DNA of 64,000 nucleotides from Planctomycetota bacterium (GTDB lineage Bacteria; Planctomycetota; UBA1135; UBA2386), in the NCBI GenBank assembly GCA_965223545.1, contig OZ245006.1, positions 1,984,001-2,048,000 of the forward strand, given 5' to 3'. The notes under the pieces are model-generated. The model saw only the letters and a program-made list of their open reading frames with translations, made no database searches and was not told where the DNA came from. Both the position numbers and the translations under genes were made by a program. This document shows, piece by piece, positions 33,571-42,017 of this stretch. How positions within the stretch are numbered: the stretch's first letter is position 1; every line of letters starts with the position of its first letter.

Positions 33571-34442
33571 AACCAATCGTGCAAGGCATCGCATAATGCG
33601 CCATCGACCTTAGCGTCGAACACGGCAAACATCGGCGACGAGTTGACTTCGAGAAACATCAAGTCACCTGTGTCAGCGCAGGTCTTGAAGTCCGCTGCCG
33701 CGAAGTCTAGACCAACGCCGTCGCATAGAGTGAATAACTGCGTCGGCAGCGATGGCGGCAACACGTCCAGCTTCACTGGAACGACCTCGCATGCGCCCGT
33801 TCGCCGGTAGTCGAGTTCGCTCGAATCCATCCGAAATCCGAAGCACCGACTGCCAATCCGGTAGACGCGGTACTCCGGTGCAACCAGCCGTGGCTGCACG
33901 ATCGCTGGCGCAGCAGCAACGCCGCCCCTCTCTTCCGCCGCAGCGATCGCTGCATCCGCGGTCTCGCAGAATCCACCACCGTCAACAGGCTTCACCACGA
34001 GCCCCAACGCACCGGCCACACTCGCGATCCGGTCTACCTCATTCGAGACCAGAGTGAACGGAACACTGAATCCGACCTCGCGAGCAAGCGCCAACATCTG
34101 GGGCTTGTTAGTGACTCGGACTCCCGCGACTCGGTTGGGCATCGCCACATCCGTGTGTGCCATCAGCCATCCCTGGATCGTCGTGTACCAGGCGTGAGCG
34201 CGTCGCGCGACGACGGGCCGCGGATCGTCGAGCTCAGAAAACACGTCGTAGCGGACGAACCCAGCCGACGGCCGAACATGGCGCCCCTCGACAATCAGCC
34301 GATCCTCGACGACGTCCCAGGACAAGCGCGGGGCACGACCCGGACCTACCCAGAGTTCGAGTGTCTCGACGCCGCGCGTTCTGGCGCAAGCGGCAAGCCG
34401 CCTGAGATTCGGGTCGTCAGGGCCACCGGCGATCAGAAACAC
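33507..34442 (-). CDS. ATP-grasp ligase, RimK/MvdD/PsnB-like (putative graspetide synthetase)
   Basis: NKPQML...GFSVPFTLVSN, VVKPVDGG, PAIVQPRL, EYRVY, DYR, GLDFAAADF and FLEVNSSPMF motifs. It starts 3 nt after the tyrosinase stop. Confidence 0.85.
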   Translation of the reverse strand: MFLIAGGPDDPNLRRLAACARTRGVETLELWVGPGRAPRLSWDVVEDRLIVEGRHVRPSAGFVRYDVFSELDDPRPVVARRAHAWYTTIQGWLMAHTDVAMPNRVAGVRVTNKPQMLALAREVGFSVPFTLVSNEVDRIASVAGALGLVVKPVDGGGFCETADAAIAAAEERGGVAAAPAIVQPRLVAPEYRVYRIGSRCFGFRMDSSELDYRRTGACEVVPVKLDVLPPSLPTQLFTLCDGVGLDFAAADFKTCADTGDLMFLEVNSSPMFAVFDAKVDGALCDALHDWFSGVMQKCNLSRRIQGSRSRY

Positions 34443-34445
34443 CTA

Positions 34446-35624
34446 TCAGAACCCACCGAAAGGGCTCCGCGGATCGCCTCCGCGGAATGGCTCTGGATCG
34501 TCGATGCGCGGGTCGGTCGGGCCCTCGCCAATGAACCTCGTCGGCGAGCCTTCCTCGCCCAAACGCAGCGTTGTCGGACCGCCTTCCTCCCCGACACGAA
34601 GCGTTGTGAGGTCCTCTCCTTGGGGTAGGGTCGGCACGGCCTCTTCGCCAATCCACTGGGATATCGGCTCCTCCCAGCGGGGAAAGGTTGGACGAGCCGC
34701 GCGCTCGGGGCACGGGCAGCCCTCTTCGTCATCGTAACAGTAACCTACATCCCGGTGATCGAGGACCATTTCAGGTGTAACAACATCCGTGACGGGGTAG
34801 CTCGGCACCAACGCGGCCATACCGGCGGCGGTTGTCTCCGATGCGCTCGCATCCCACGGCCACATAGGGTCAGTCAGACGATGTCCCTGCCCCCCCGTGT
34901 TTAGGGGGTTGTAGTTTGCGGCACCTGGATGATCTCTTTGCCACTTGGCCCAGATCCGATCGACCTGGGCATGGTGCAACCAGAAGATCGGATCGTTGGG
35001 CGAAGTCATCTGGCTCATGTCACGCCCAAGCCGAACGTGAACAATCCCGTGTGGCGGCCATTCGAGTGCGGGCCGGAAAAGGTTGAAAGTTGGCAGCGCC
35101 AAGACAGCCGCAACCGAAGCTGCCGTTGGCCACGGTGCGCCCCGGTTGAGGGCAGTGTTCCGCTGCAACCCGTCGCCGAATCTCTGCAGTTCCGCGCGAA
35201 TCGGAAAGCCCAGCGGATTGAGCGCGTTGGGGTCGCGTGCGAAGTAGCCGGAGTCGACTGTGAACGTCCCGGCCGCGCCGAGCGGGCCGAGCCGATCGTC
35301 GGCGAACAGACCAATCTCGTCGTCGTCGTCGCCTAGGCCCCAATTCCAGTAAGGGAGCGTCACGCGGGCATCGACCGACTGAAGGGCCTGCTCGAACCGC
35401 TTCAAGTACTCGCGGTGCCACGGCAAGAACGCGGGGCCGCCGTGGGCACCGTCCGTGGTCTGCGCGCCATTTAGCTGAGTAACTCCAACGTGAAGGGCTA
35501 CGAACATGTCGTACACACTGATCCCCGATCCTGGCGGAAACGTGTGCTTGAGTGTGACAACCGCCGTGAGGAACCTGTGCCACTCCTCAGCGGAGAGACT
35601 GCTGGCGTTCTTGCGCACGTTCAT
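34446..35624 (-). CDS. Tyrosinase (MelC2-like) with a C-terminal graspetide-like repeat tail
   Basis: VRKNASSLS start, CuA ligands in ALH and AHGGPAFLPWHREYL, LPYWNW, CuB ligands in PHGIVH and NDPIFWLHHAQVDRIW. Strong SD GAGGAGG. The tail has seven (T/S)xxxx(E/D) units. Confidence 0.92.
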   Translation of the reverse strand: MNVRKNASSLSAEEWHRFLTAVVTLKHTFPPGSGISVYDMFVALHVGVTQLNGAQTTDGAHGGPAFLPWHREYLKRFEQALQSVDARVTLPYWNWGLGDDDDEIGLFADDRLGPLGAAGTFTVDSGYFARDPNALNPLGFPIRAELQRFGDGLQRNTALNRGAPWPTAASVAAVLALPTFNLFRPALEWPPHGIVHVRLGRDMSQMTSPNDPIFWLHHAQVDRIWAKWQRDHPGAANYNPLNTGGQGHRLTDPMWPWDASASETTAAGMAALVPSYPVTDVVTPEMVLDHRDVGYCYDDEEGCPCPERAARPTFPRWEEPISQWIGEEAVPTLPQGEDLTTLRVGEEGGPTTLRLGEEGSPTRFIGEGPTDPRIDDPEPFRGGDPRSPFGGF

Positions 35625-35665
35625 CTCGGTTTCCTCCTCTCTTGATCGCTGCGTGTGATCGCCTA

Positions 35666-35962
35666 TCACGCGCGACCGTCTACGATCGCGCGCGCGAGTT
35701 CATTGGCCGAACCGTACCTCTCGTATGGCTTTTCGGTCGAATTATACTGGCCAGTGTCGGCATCGCGCGCGAACAAGATGGGCTCGTCATCTATCTTGAC
35801 TTGTTCGTCGGCCCCATCTAGCTGCACGACAATACGACAATCTTTGTAGACTGTGTCCGATACGATCGACGGCTTCCCGGCCTTTTTGCTCTTCCCGGGC
35901 TTCTTGCTCTTCCCGGGCTTCTTGCTCTTCCCGGGCTTCTTGCTCTTCGATTTGTTGCTCAT
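35666..35962 (-). CDS. Tyrosinase cofactor/caddie (MelC1-like) with Lys-rich N-terminal repeat
   Basis: YKDCRI...VKIDDEPI...DADTGQYNS...PYERYGSANELARAIVD resembles the MelC1 pattern YxGRRI...IDGxEL...NADGSWIS...HY...AARAAVD. It lies immediately upstream of the tyrosinase. Confidence 0.7.
   Translation of the reverse strand: MSNKSKSKKPGKSKKPGKSKKPGKSKKAGKPSIVSDTVYKDCRIVVQLDGADEQVKIDDEPILFARDADTGQYNSTEKPYERYGSANELARAIVDGRA
35886..35948. repeat. 18-bp tandem repeat x3.5 (encodes KSKKPG)
   Basis: TTGCTCTTCCCGGGCTTC three times exactly, plus a partial copy. Confidence 0.9.
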
Positions 35963-36423
35963 CACCCTTCTCTACTGTTGTCCCATCGAAAGATGAGCGC
36001 CATACCACTGCCGGACGGTAACTTTAAGCGTAACCAAAGTGGCGCCCCCGCGTCACGGAATATTTCCAACAGCTACCGCGAGAGCCAATCGAGGTAGCTT
36101 GGGCTTCTGTCTAGGTCCAGTGGCGCGTCGTCACCACCTCCACAACGCCTTACGTTCGTGCAAGTTCGTCGCAATACTGTTTGGCTGACGTGAGCTGGTT
36201 CTTCTGCGCACCGGAGTGCCTGCGTATTCGAGCTGGCGATTACCGTGCCGCCACGGCGTTTCGGGTGCCAAGGCCAAGCGTTCGGCCTCTTTCTCCTTGA
36301 GCGCTTAGTAGAGGGTCTTCTCCCCCGTCGGCATATTCAGCACACAAGACAACAGTGCAGGTCGGCATGCCGGCCTGGGTAACGGTTCACAGCGATGTCG
36401 GATGGGCCCGGCCGCGCCGCGCA

Positions 36424-38622
36424 TCAGCGAATCTCGAGCATCGCCACCGGCGAGGTCTCCTCGACCTCGGGAGAAGTCGTCTCGAGCGTGCACATCGCCG
36501 CGTACAGCTGCAGCCCGGACAAGCCGGGGTCATTGGGAATCGGCAACACGGTCTGCGCCTCGCCGTTGCCGTCCAACACCCCTTGGAACCCGGGCAGCTG
36601 GCCGGCCAACACCGCCGCGGTCAGCACATCGACCCCCATCGGCAGCACCCGCCCCGGCGCGACGCGCACGGTCTCCGGATAGCCGACCGTCGACAGCAAC
36701 GCGAAGAACGGCGCCCGCGGGTGGTAGCGGTCGGAGAACTCGACGCCGACGGTCGCACCGAGGCTGGCCGGCCCGCGAAACGACACGAGGTCGGTGGCGG
36801 TGTCCATCGCCGTCGTCCAAGCGATCGCCAACGGCTCTTGGTCGCCATCGAAGCGGTGCACGTGCAGCACGACGGTGTAGGTGCCACTCACCGGCGGACG
36901 AAACATCGCGATCTCGAACGGGTTGAACGGCGATGCCGACGCCGCCACCACGTTGCCGGCCGGATCCTCGATCGTCATGTCGAGGTCCATCTCGAGCACG
37001 TCGGTGCTGTACGAAGAGTCCGCCTGCGAGAACCACAACGCGACGACGCGGGCGGTGTCGTGGCGATCGAGGTAGAGGGTGTGCCGATACACACCGGCAG
37101 TAAACGAGCTCGGCGTCAGCGTCGCGGAGTGGTACTGGCCGTCCTCGACCGCGCTCTGCGCCGCCGCCGCGTCGACGCCGCCGGCGCCGTCGAAGTCGCT
37201 GAGTGGCTTGCCGCCGTGGATGTTGTTCCACGCGCCCGCCATCAACATCGCCTTGACCACTTCCGGCTTGGCGAGCAGGGCGTTGTCCGTCGACGCCAAC
37301 AAGGCGGCGGTGCCACACACCACCGGCGAAGCGAACGACGTGCCCGAGCCGGCGTTGCTGGTGATCCACGGGCTGCGGTTGGTCGTGGTGCTGATGCCGG
37401 TGCCATGCGCAGCGAGCTCGGGCTTCTCGTGATTGCTGGGCTGCGGGTTGCGCGTGCTCGAGCCGGTGTTCATCCGGTCGTCGTCCCAGTCGTGCGTGTT
37501 GCGCTCGTCGGCGTTGCCGGTGGCCGTTGTGTTGAAGCCGTTGCCCGGCGTCGTGGTCGGCTGGTTGTTGCCCTGGTTGCCGCAGGACTTGAACATCATC
37601 ACGCCGAAGTTGCGGATGATGTAGTCGAAATAGCGGTCGAGGAACACGATGCTGCCGCGGTTGCCGTTCCACCACGAGCAGTTGCCGAACGAGATGCCGT
37701 TCTGCATGCCAAACGCCCAAGCAGCCGGCGTCGCGACGTCGTCGTAGCCGGGCTGCACGAACAGCCGGTCGATGCCCGGCGCGGCGCCGGTCTGCTGCGG
37801 GTGCTTGGAGCAGACGATGCCGCTGACAGCCGCCGCGTGCGAGTCGTCGGCGGCGTTGTTGCCACGCGTCACCGGCGGCAGGTAGGGATTGGCGGTGGTG
37901 ACGTTGCCGACGTCGTTGACCAAGACGCGCACTCCCTGGCCGCGAATTCCCTTGAGATGTACGAAGTCGGTGCGCGCCGTCGGCGAGGCCCATTCGTTGA
38001 TCGGCGCCGGACACACCTCGGGCGCGGCGGTGGGAAAGCAGTAGTAGGCCTGGTCGACCTCGGCGCGCGCCGCCCACCCCGGCACCTGGTCGGACGCCAT
38101 CGTCGCGCAGACGAACGGCACGAAAGGGTCCACGTAGCGCACGGCAAAACCCGCCCGACCGAGAGCGGCAGCAAACGGACCCGTGACCGTCGCCGCCAGC
38201 CGCTGGGCCTCGTCCAACGCCGTGCGCCGCGCGTCTGCCGCCGCTTGGCCCGCGTCGATGGCCCGATCCAGCGTAGCCCGCAAGTCCGGGTGCCCCGCGG
38301 GCCGGTGCAGCCAGAACACGACGTCGAGGGCGGCGGCGACCGGCAGCTGCGATCGCAGCGCGTGCCACATCTTGCCGTTCTGCACATCGCGGGTGCTCGC
38401 TTCCCGCCGCAACAGCGCATCGGCGTCGATCGGCGCGCCGGTCCGCGCGTCGGTCGTCCGCCGCCGAATCCTCCGGCTGTCGGGATCGAGCCACCGCTGC
38501 TCGCGCACGGTGACACCGAGCGTGGGGAGCACTCGGTGCTCGTCGGCCAACACGCCTGGCGGCTCGCCTTGAACCAGGAGAAGGAGAAGCGAGAGAGCGG
38601 GCACGACGACCTCCTTGGGCAT
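36424..38622 (-). CDS. Secreted S8 (subtilisin-like) serine peptidase
   Basis: Catalytic triad in VNDVG, DSHAAAVSG and GSGTSFASP, oxyanion motif SCGNQG, signal peptide, and a PPC-like plus C-terminal domain. Confidence 0.88.
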   Translation of the reverse strand: MPKEVVVPALSLLLLLVQGEPPGVLADEHRVLPTLGVTVREQRWLDPDSRRIRRRTTDARTGAPIDADALLRREASTRDVQNGKMWHALRSQLPVAAALDVVFWLHRPAGHPDLRATLDRAIDAGQAAADARRTALDEAQRLAATVTGPFAAALGRAGFAVRYVDPFVPFVCATMASDQVPGWAARAEVDQAYYCFPTAAPEVCPAPINEWASPTARTDFVHLKGIRGQGVRVLVNDVGNVTTANPYLPPVTRGNNAADDSHAAAVSGIVCSKHPQQTGAAPGIDRLFVQPGYDDVATPAAWAFGMQNGISFGNCSWWNGNRGSIVFLDRYFDYIIRNFGVMMFKSCGNQGNNQPTTTPGNGFNTTATGNADERNTHDWDDDRMNTGSSTRNPQPSNHEKPELAAHGTGISTTTNRSPWITSNAGSGTSFASPVVCGTAALLASTDNALLAKPEVVKAMLMAGAWNNIHGGKPLSDFDGAGGVDAAAAQSAVEDGQYHSATLTPSSFTAGVYRHTLYLDRHDTARVVALWFSQADSSYSTDVLEMDLDMTIEDPAGNVVAASASPFNPFEIAMFRPPVSGTYTVVLHVHRFDGDQEPLAIAWTTAMDTATDLVSFRGPASLGATVGVEFSDRYHPRAPFFALLSTVGYPETVRVAPGRVLPMGVDVLTAAVLAGQLPGFQGVLDGNGEAQTVLPIPNDPGLSGLQLYAAMCTLETTSPEVEETSPVAMLEIR

Positions 38623-38694
38623 CGAGGGTGGGGGCTTGGACCCCGCAAGATACCAAGTGGACGACTCCAGCGCGCGCGGCGTCGCCCCGGCTCG

Positions 38695-39828
38695 CTATCG
38701 CGGCCAGCGCGCCGCCGCCGCCCGACAGTCCGCGACGCTCGGCACCAGCGCCAGGCGCACGTAGCGCTCTTGTCGCGGACCGAAGAACGAGCCCGGCGAC
38801 ACCACGATGCCGCGCTCCAGCAGGCGGTCCGCATAGTCGACGTCGGTCGCTCCCTGCGGCACCTCCACCCACAAGAACAAGCCGGCGGTGCCCGGGTACA
38901 CCTCGAGGCCGATCTCGGTGAACAGCGCCAGCAGAACCGCCCGCTTGGCGGCGAAGCACGCCCGACGCTCCTCGACGTGAGCGCTGTCGGACCACGCCGC
39001 CTCGGCGGCGGCTTGCACCGGCAGCGTCGGCGCCTCGCCCATGCCGGCGCGGAACCGGCGGTAGTGCGCGATCGTTTCGTGGTCGCCGGCGACGAAACCG
39101 GAGCGGTACCCGGTCATGCCCGAGCGCTTGGACAGCGAGTGCACCGCGAGGCATCCGGCGCGACCGAACTCGAGCACGCTGCGCGGCGCCTCACCGTAGT
39201 AGAGGTCGACGTAGCACTCGTCGGACACGAGCAGGAAGTCGTGCCGCGCCCGCGCATCCACCCACTCGGCGAACAGCGACGGCGGCATCAGCTGGCCGGT
39301 CGGATTGTGCGGGTAGTTCAGGAACACCAGGGCGGTGCGGTCCAGCACATCGCCGCCCACCTCGTCGGGCGTCAGCAGGTAGTCGTTGCCTCGATGGAGG
39401 ACGACCTCGTGGGTACGCGCCTGCGCGAACAGCGCGCCAATCTCGAACACCGGATAGGCCGGCACGCCGTACACCACCGTGTCGACCGGCGTCGATGGGT
39501 CGAGAACCACCATGGGCAGGTGGAAGATCGCCTCCTTGCTGCCCTGCGTCGGCAACAGCTCGCGGTCGGGGTCGAGGGTGACGTCGAAGCGCTGCCGCAG
39601 GTACTCGGCGGCAGCTCGCCGCATGCCGGCAGTGCCGGCCACCGGCGGGTACTGGCTGATCTCTGGCACGCCATCTCGCATCGCCGCCCTGATCACCGGC
39701 GGGGTCGGCTCGATCGGGTCACCGGTGCCGAAATCGAAGATCTCCACGCCGCGAGCGCGCAGCTCGTCCTTGCGCTGTTCGAGCCGCACCATGGGATAGG
39801 TGGGCAGCGCCCGCAGCCGGTCGTTCAT
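38695..39828 (-). CDS. dapC: PLP-dependent class I/II aminotransferase (DapC-like)
   Basis: GSKEAIFH, NYPHNPTG, SDECY and HSLSKRSGMTGYRSG motifs. Confidence 0.8.
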   Translation of the reverse strand: MNDRLRALPTYPMVRLEQRKDELRARGVEIFDFGTGDPIEPTPPVIRAAMRDGVPEISQYPPVAGTAGMRRAAAEYLRQRFDVTLDPDRELLPTQGSKEAIFHLPMVVLDPSTPVDTVVYGVPAYPVFEIGALFAQARTHEVVLHRGNDYLLTPDEVGGDVLDRTALVFLNYPHNPTGQLMPPSLFAEWVDARARHDFLLVSDECYVDLYYGEAPRSVLEFGRAGCLAVHSLSKRSGMTGYRSGFVAGDHETIAHYRRFRAGMGEAPTLPVQAAAEAAWSDSAHVEERRACFAAKRAVLLALFTEIGLEVYPGTAGLFLWVEVPQGATDVDYADRLLERGIVVSPGSFFGPRQERYVRLALVPSVADCRAAAARWPR

Positions 39829-39959
39829 GCCGGCACCATCGCCGGCGGGCCGGATCGCGGCAAGGCCAGCCGTGCGCAGGTTCGTCCTTTCCTGCCACCT
39901 CCGGGAGATTTACAACCGCGCTCCTGAATTCCACCGAGCCCCCGTGTTATCGCAGGCCG

Positions 39960-40535
39960 TTGAACCCCGCTGAGGAGATTCGCTTGATCGCCGGCGCGAA
40001 GCACGGCGACCACACCGCGTTCGAGTCCCTGGTCGAGCGCTACATGGCCAGCGCGGTCGCGGTCGCCCGCAATTACACCGCCAATCGCGAGGACGCGCTG
40101 GAGCTGGCACAAGAGGCCTTCTACCGGGTCTACAAGAACCTCGACCGATTCCGCGAAGGCGAGCGCTTCGCGCCCTGGTTCTACAAGATCCTGCGCAACG
40201 CCTGCCTCAACTTCATCGAGAAGCGCCGGCGCATCCGTCGCTTCTCGATCCACGCCACCGATGCCAACAGTGAGGACTACCCGCTCCCCGACGGCTCGCT
40301 GTCGCCGCCCGAGCGCGCCGAGCTGGCCGAGTCCCAACGCGTCTTTTGGCGAGCCCTCGAGGCGCTCAGTCGCAACCACCGCGAGATCATCCTGCTGCGC
40401 CACTTCGAGGAGCTCGACTACGCCAGCATCGCGGAGGTGCTCGAGATCCCGATCGGCACCGTCATGTCCCGCCTGTTTCACGCGCGCCAAAACCTGAAGA
40501 GCGCGCTCGAGTCCTACGTGGAGTGCACGACGTGA
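39960..40535 (+). CDS. ECF RNA polymerase sigma factor
   Basis: EDALELAQEAF, FAPWFYKILRN and IAEVLEIPIGTVMSRLFHAR motifs. Confidence 0.92.
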   Translation: MNPAEEIRLIAGAKHGDHTAFESLVERYMASAVAVARNYTANREDALELAQEAFYRVYKNLDRFREGERFAPWFYKILRNACLNFIEKRRRIRRFSIHATDANSEDYPLPDGSLSPPERAELAESQRVFWRALEALSRNHREIILLRHFEELDYASIAEVLEIPIGTVMSRLFHARQNLKSALESYVECTT

Positions 40536-40984
40536 GCGACGTCAACGACGACGCACCGCTGACCGAGCAGCAGCAGATGATGATGGCCTACATCGACGGC
40601 GAGCTGTCGCCGTCGGAACGCACCAGCTTCGAGCAAGCGATGCAGGAGGATCCGGAGCTGTCGTTGGAGACCGTCAAGTTCAAGAACCTGATGGACCTGT
40701 CGCGTTCGATGGCGCTGTCCGAGCCGACCGACCACGAGATCCGCCGCTTCTGGGGTCGGTTCTACAACCGCACCGAGTGGCAGGTCGGCTGGATCATGCT
40801 GCTGTCCGGCCTCGTCGTGCTGGCCTGCGAAGGTCTCTACCTGCTGGTCGTCTGCGATTGGAGCTGGTGGCTCAAGGGGGCGGTGCTCTTCACCGTCGCC
40901 GGTGGCCTGATCCTGATCTGGAACGCGGTGCGCCTCAAGCTCCGCACCAGCCACTTCGACCGGTATCGGGGGGTAATGCGCTGA
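40532..40984 (+). CDS. Anti-sigma factor-like membrane protein
   Basis: MMAYIDGELS N-terminus and two TM helices. GTGA overlap with the sigma gene. Confidence 0.75.
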   Translation: MSDVNDDAPLTEQQQMMMAYIDGELSPSERTSFEQAMQEDPELSLETVKFKNLMDLSRSMALSEPTDHEIRRFWGRFYNRTEWQVGWIMLLSGLVVLACEGLYLLVVCDWSWWLKGAVLFTVAGGLILIWNAVRLKLRTSHFDRYRGVMR

Positions 40985-41304
40985 TGTTGATTTCCAGCAG
41001 CGACGCGCTGCACGGCTACGAGGTCATCGAGACCCTTGGCTTGGTGCGCGGCTCGGCCATCCGCTCGCGCGACGTCTTCAAGGACTTCAGCGAATGGGTG
41101 CGCAACCTGGTGGGAGCCGAGCTGCGGCACTACACCAAGATGATGGCGGAGACGCGGGAGCAAGCCCTGGACCGCATGTGCGACCAAGCGCGCACGCTGG
41201 GCGCGAACGCGGTGGTCGCGGTGCACTTCGCCACCACCAGCATCACCCGCGGCGCCGCCGAGCTGTGCGCCTACGGCACCGCGGTGCGCATCAAGGATCA
41301 ATGA
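40984..41304 (+). CDS. YbjQ/UPF0145 family protein
   Basis: LGLVRG...VGAELRHYTKMMAETREQALDRM...GANAVV...AYGTAV. Confidence 0.9.
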   Translation: MLISSSDALHGYEVIETLGLVRGSAIRSRDVFKDFSEWVRNLVGAELRHYTKMMAETREQALDRMCDQARTLGANAVVAVHFATTSITRGAAELCAYGTAVRIKDQ

Positions 41305-41323
41305 CCTAGCGCCGGGGCGCCGC

Positions 41324-41977
41324 TCACGCCTCTCGAGGTCCCGGCCGCCGGCGCCACAGCGCCAACAGATCCTCGAAGGTGTCGACATCGGGCGCCGGCG
41401 CCAGCAGCTCGACGCGCAGACCCTGCGCGCGGGCACGCGCCGCGGTCTGCGCCAGGACGTCCGGGCCGCCCTCGCCGTGCCCGGAAAACAGGCCGGGGCA
41501 GCGCCCGCCCAACGCCACCAAGTAGTAGCCGCCGCCCTGATCGGGTCCGAGCACGACCGAGGCCGGAGCGCAGCGGACAATCGCTTCTTCGACGCGCTCC
41601 ACCGGCAGGTCGGGCGAGTCGGTGTTGCGCACCACCACCGGTGCGTGACCCTCGGCGAAGAGCTCGTCGAAGCACGCCTCCACCCGGGCGAACAGGTCGT
41701 CTCCCCGCTGCGGCCGCACCTCGATCGAGGCGGGGACACAACCGCGCAGCACGGCCAGCTCGGCCGCAGGCCAGCCGTAGACCAAGGTGCGGGCACCGGA
41801 GATCGGCACCACGGCGTCGATCAAGAACGCCCGGTACAATCCGGCCGCTTCGGCCGGCGTGAGCGGCGGGGTGAGCCGCGTCTTCACCCGCCCGGGCACC
41901 GGCGCCTTGGCGAAGTACACCACCGCCGGGCCGCGGCGTCGTGAACCGCCGCCGGCCGAATCCGTTTGAGGCGCCAC
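41324..41977 (-). CDS. DUF2064/TIGR04282-family glycosyltransferase-like protein
   Basis: FAKAPVPGRVKTRL, QRGDDL, TDSPDL, VLGPDQGGGYYLV and DVDTFEDL motifs. Start inferred at a GTG with AGGAAGG upstream. Confidence 0.82.
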   Translation of the reverse strand: MAPQTDSAGGGSRRRGPAVVYFAKAPVPGRVKTRLTPPLTPAEAAGLYRAFLIDAVVPISGARTLVYGWPAAELAVLRGCVPASIEVRPQRGDDLFARVEACFDELFAEGHAPVVVRNTDSPDLPVERVEEAIVRCAPASVVLGPDQGGGYYLVALGGRCPGLFSGHGEGGPDVLAQTAARARAQGLRVELLAPAPDVDTFEDLLALWRRRPGPREA

Positions 41978-42017
41978 TGGCGCCTTCCTACCATCGCGCC
42001 CAGCCCCCATCCACCCC

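Larger units (their letters stand above)
33030..36410. mobile_element. Lower-GC genomic islet carrying the caddie/tyrosinase/ATP-grasp operon
   Basis: Visibly more A/T-rich than its flanks, with many A/T third codon positions and an IS remnant at the left side. Boundaries are approximate, and no att sites or integrase were found. Confidence 0.65.

Noticed and set aside
36424..38622. S8 peptidase as the dedicated protease releasing the graspetide cores
   Set aside because: It is adjacent and co-oriented, but has host-like GC, lies outside the islet, and is about 460 bp from the operon. Adjacency alone is insufficient evidence.
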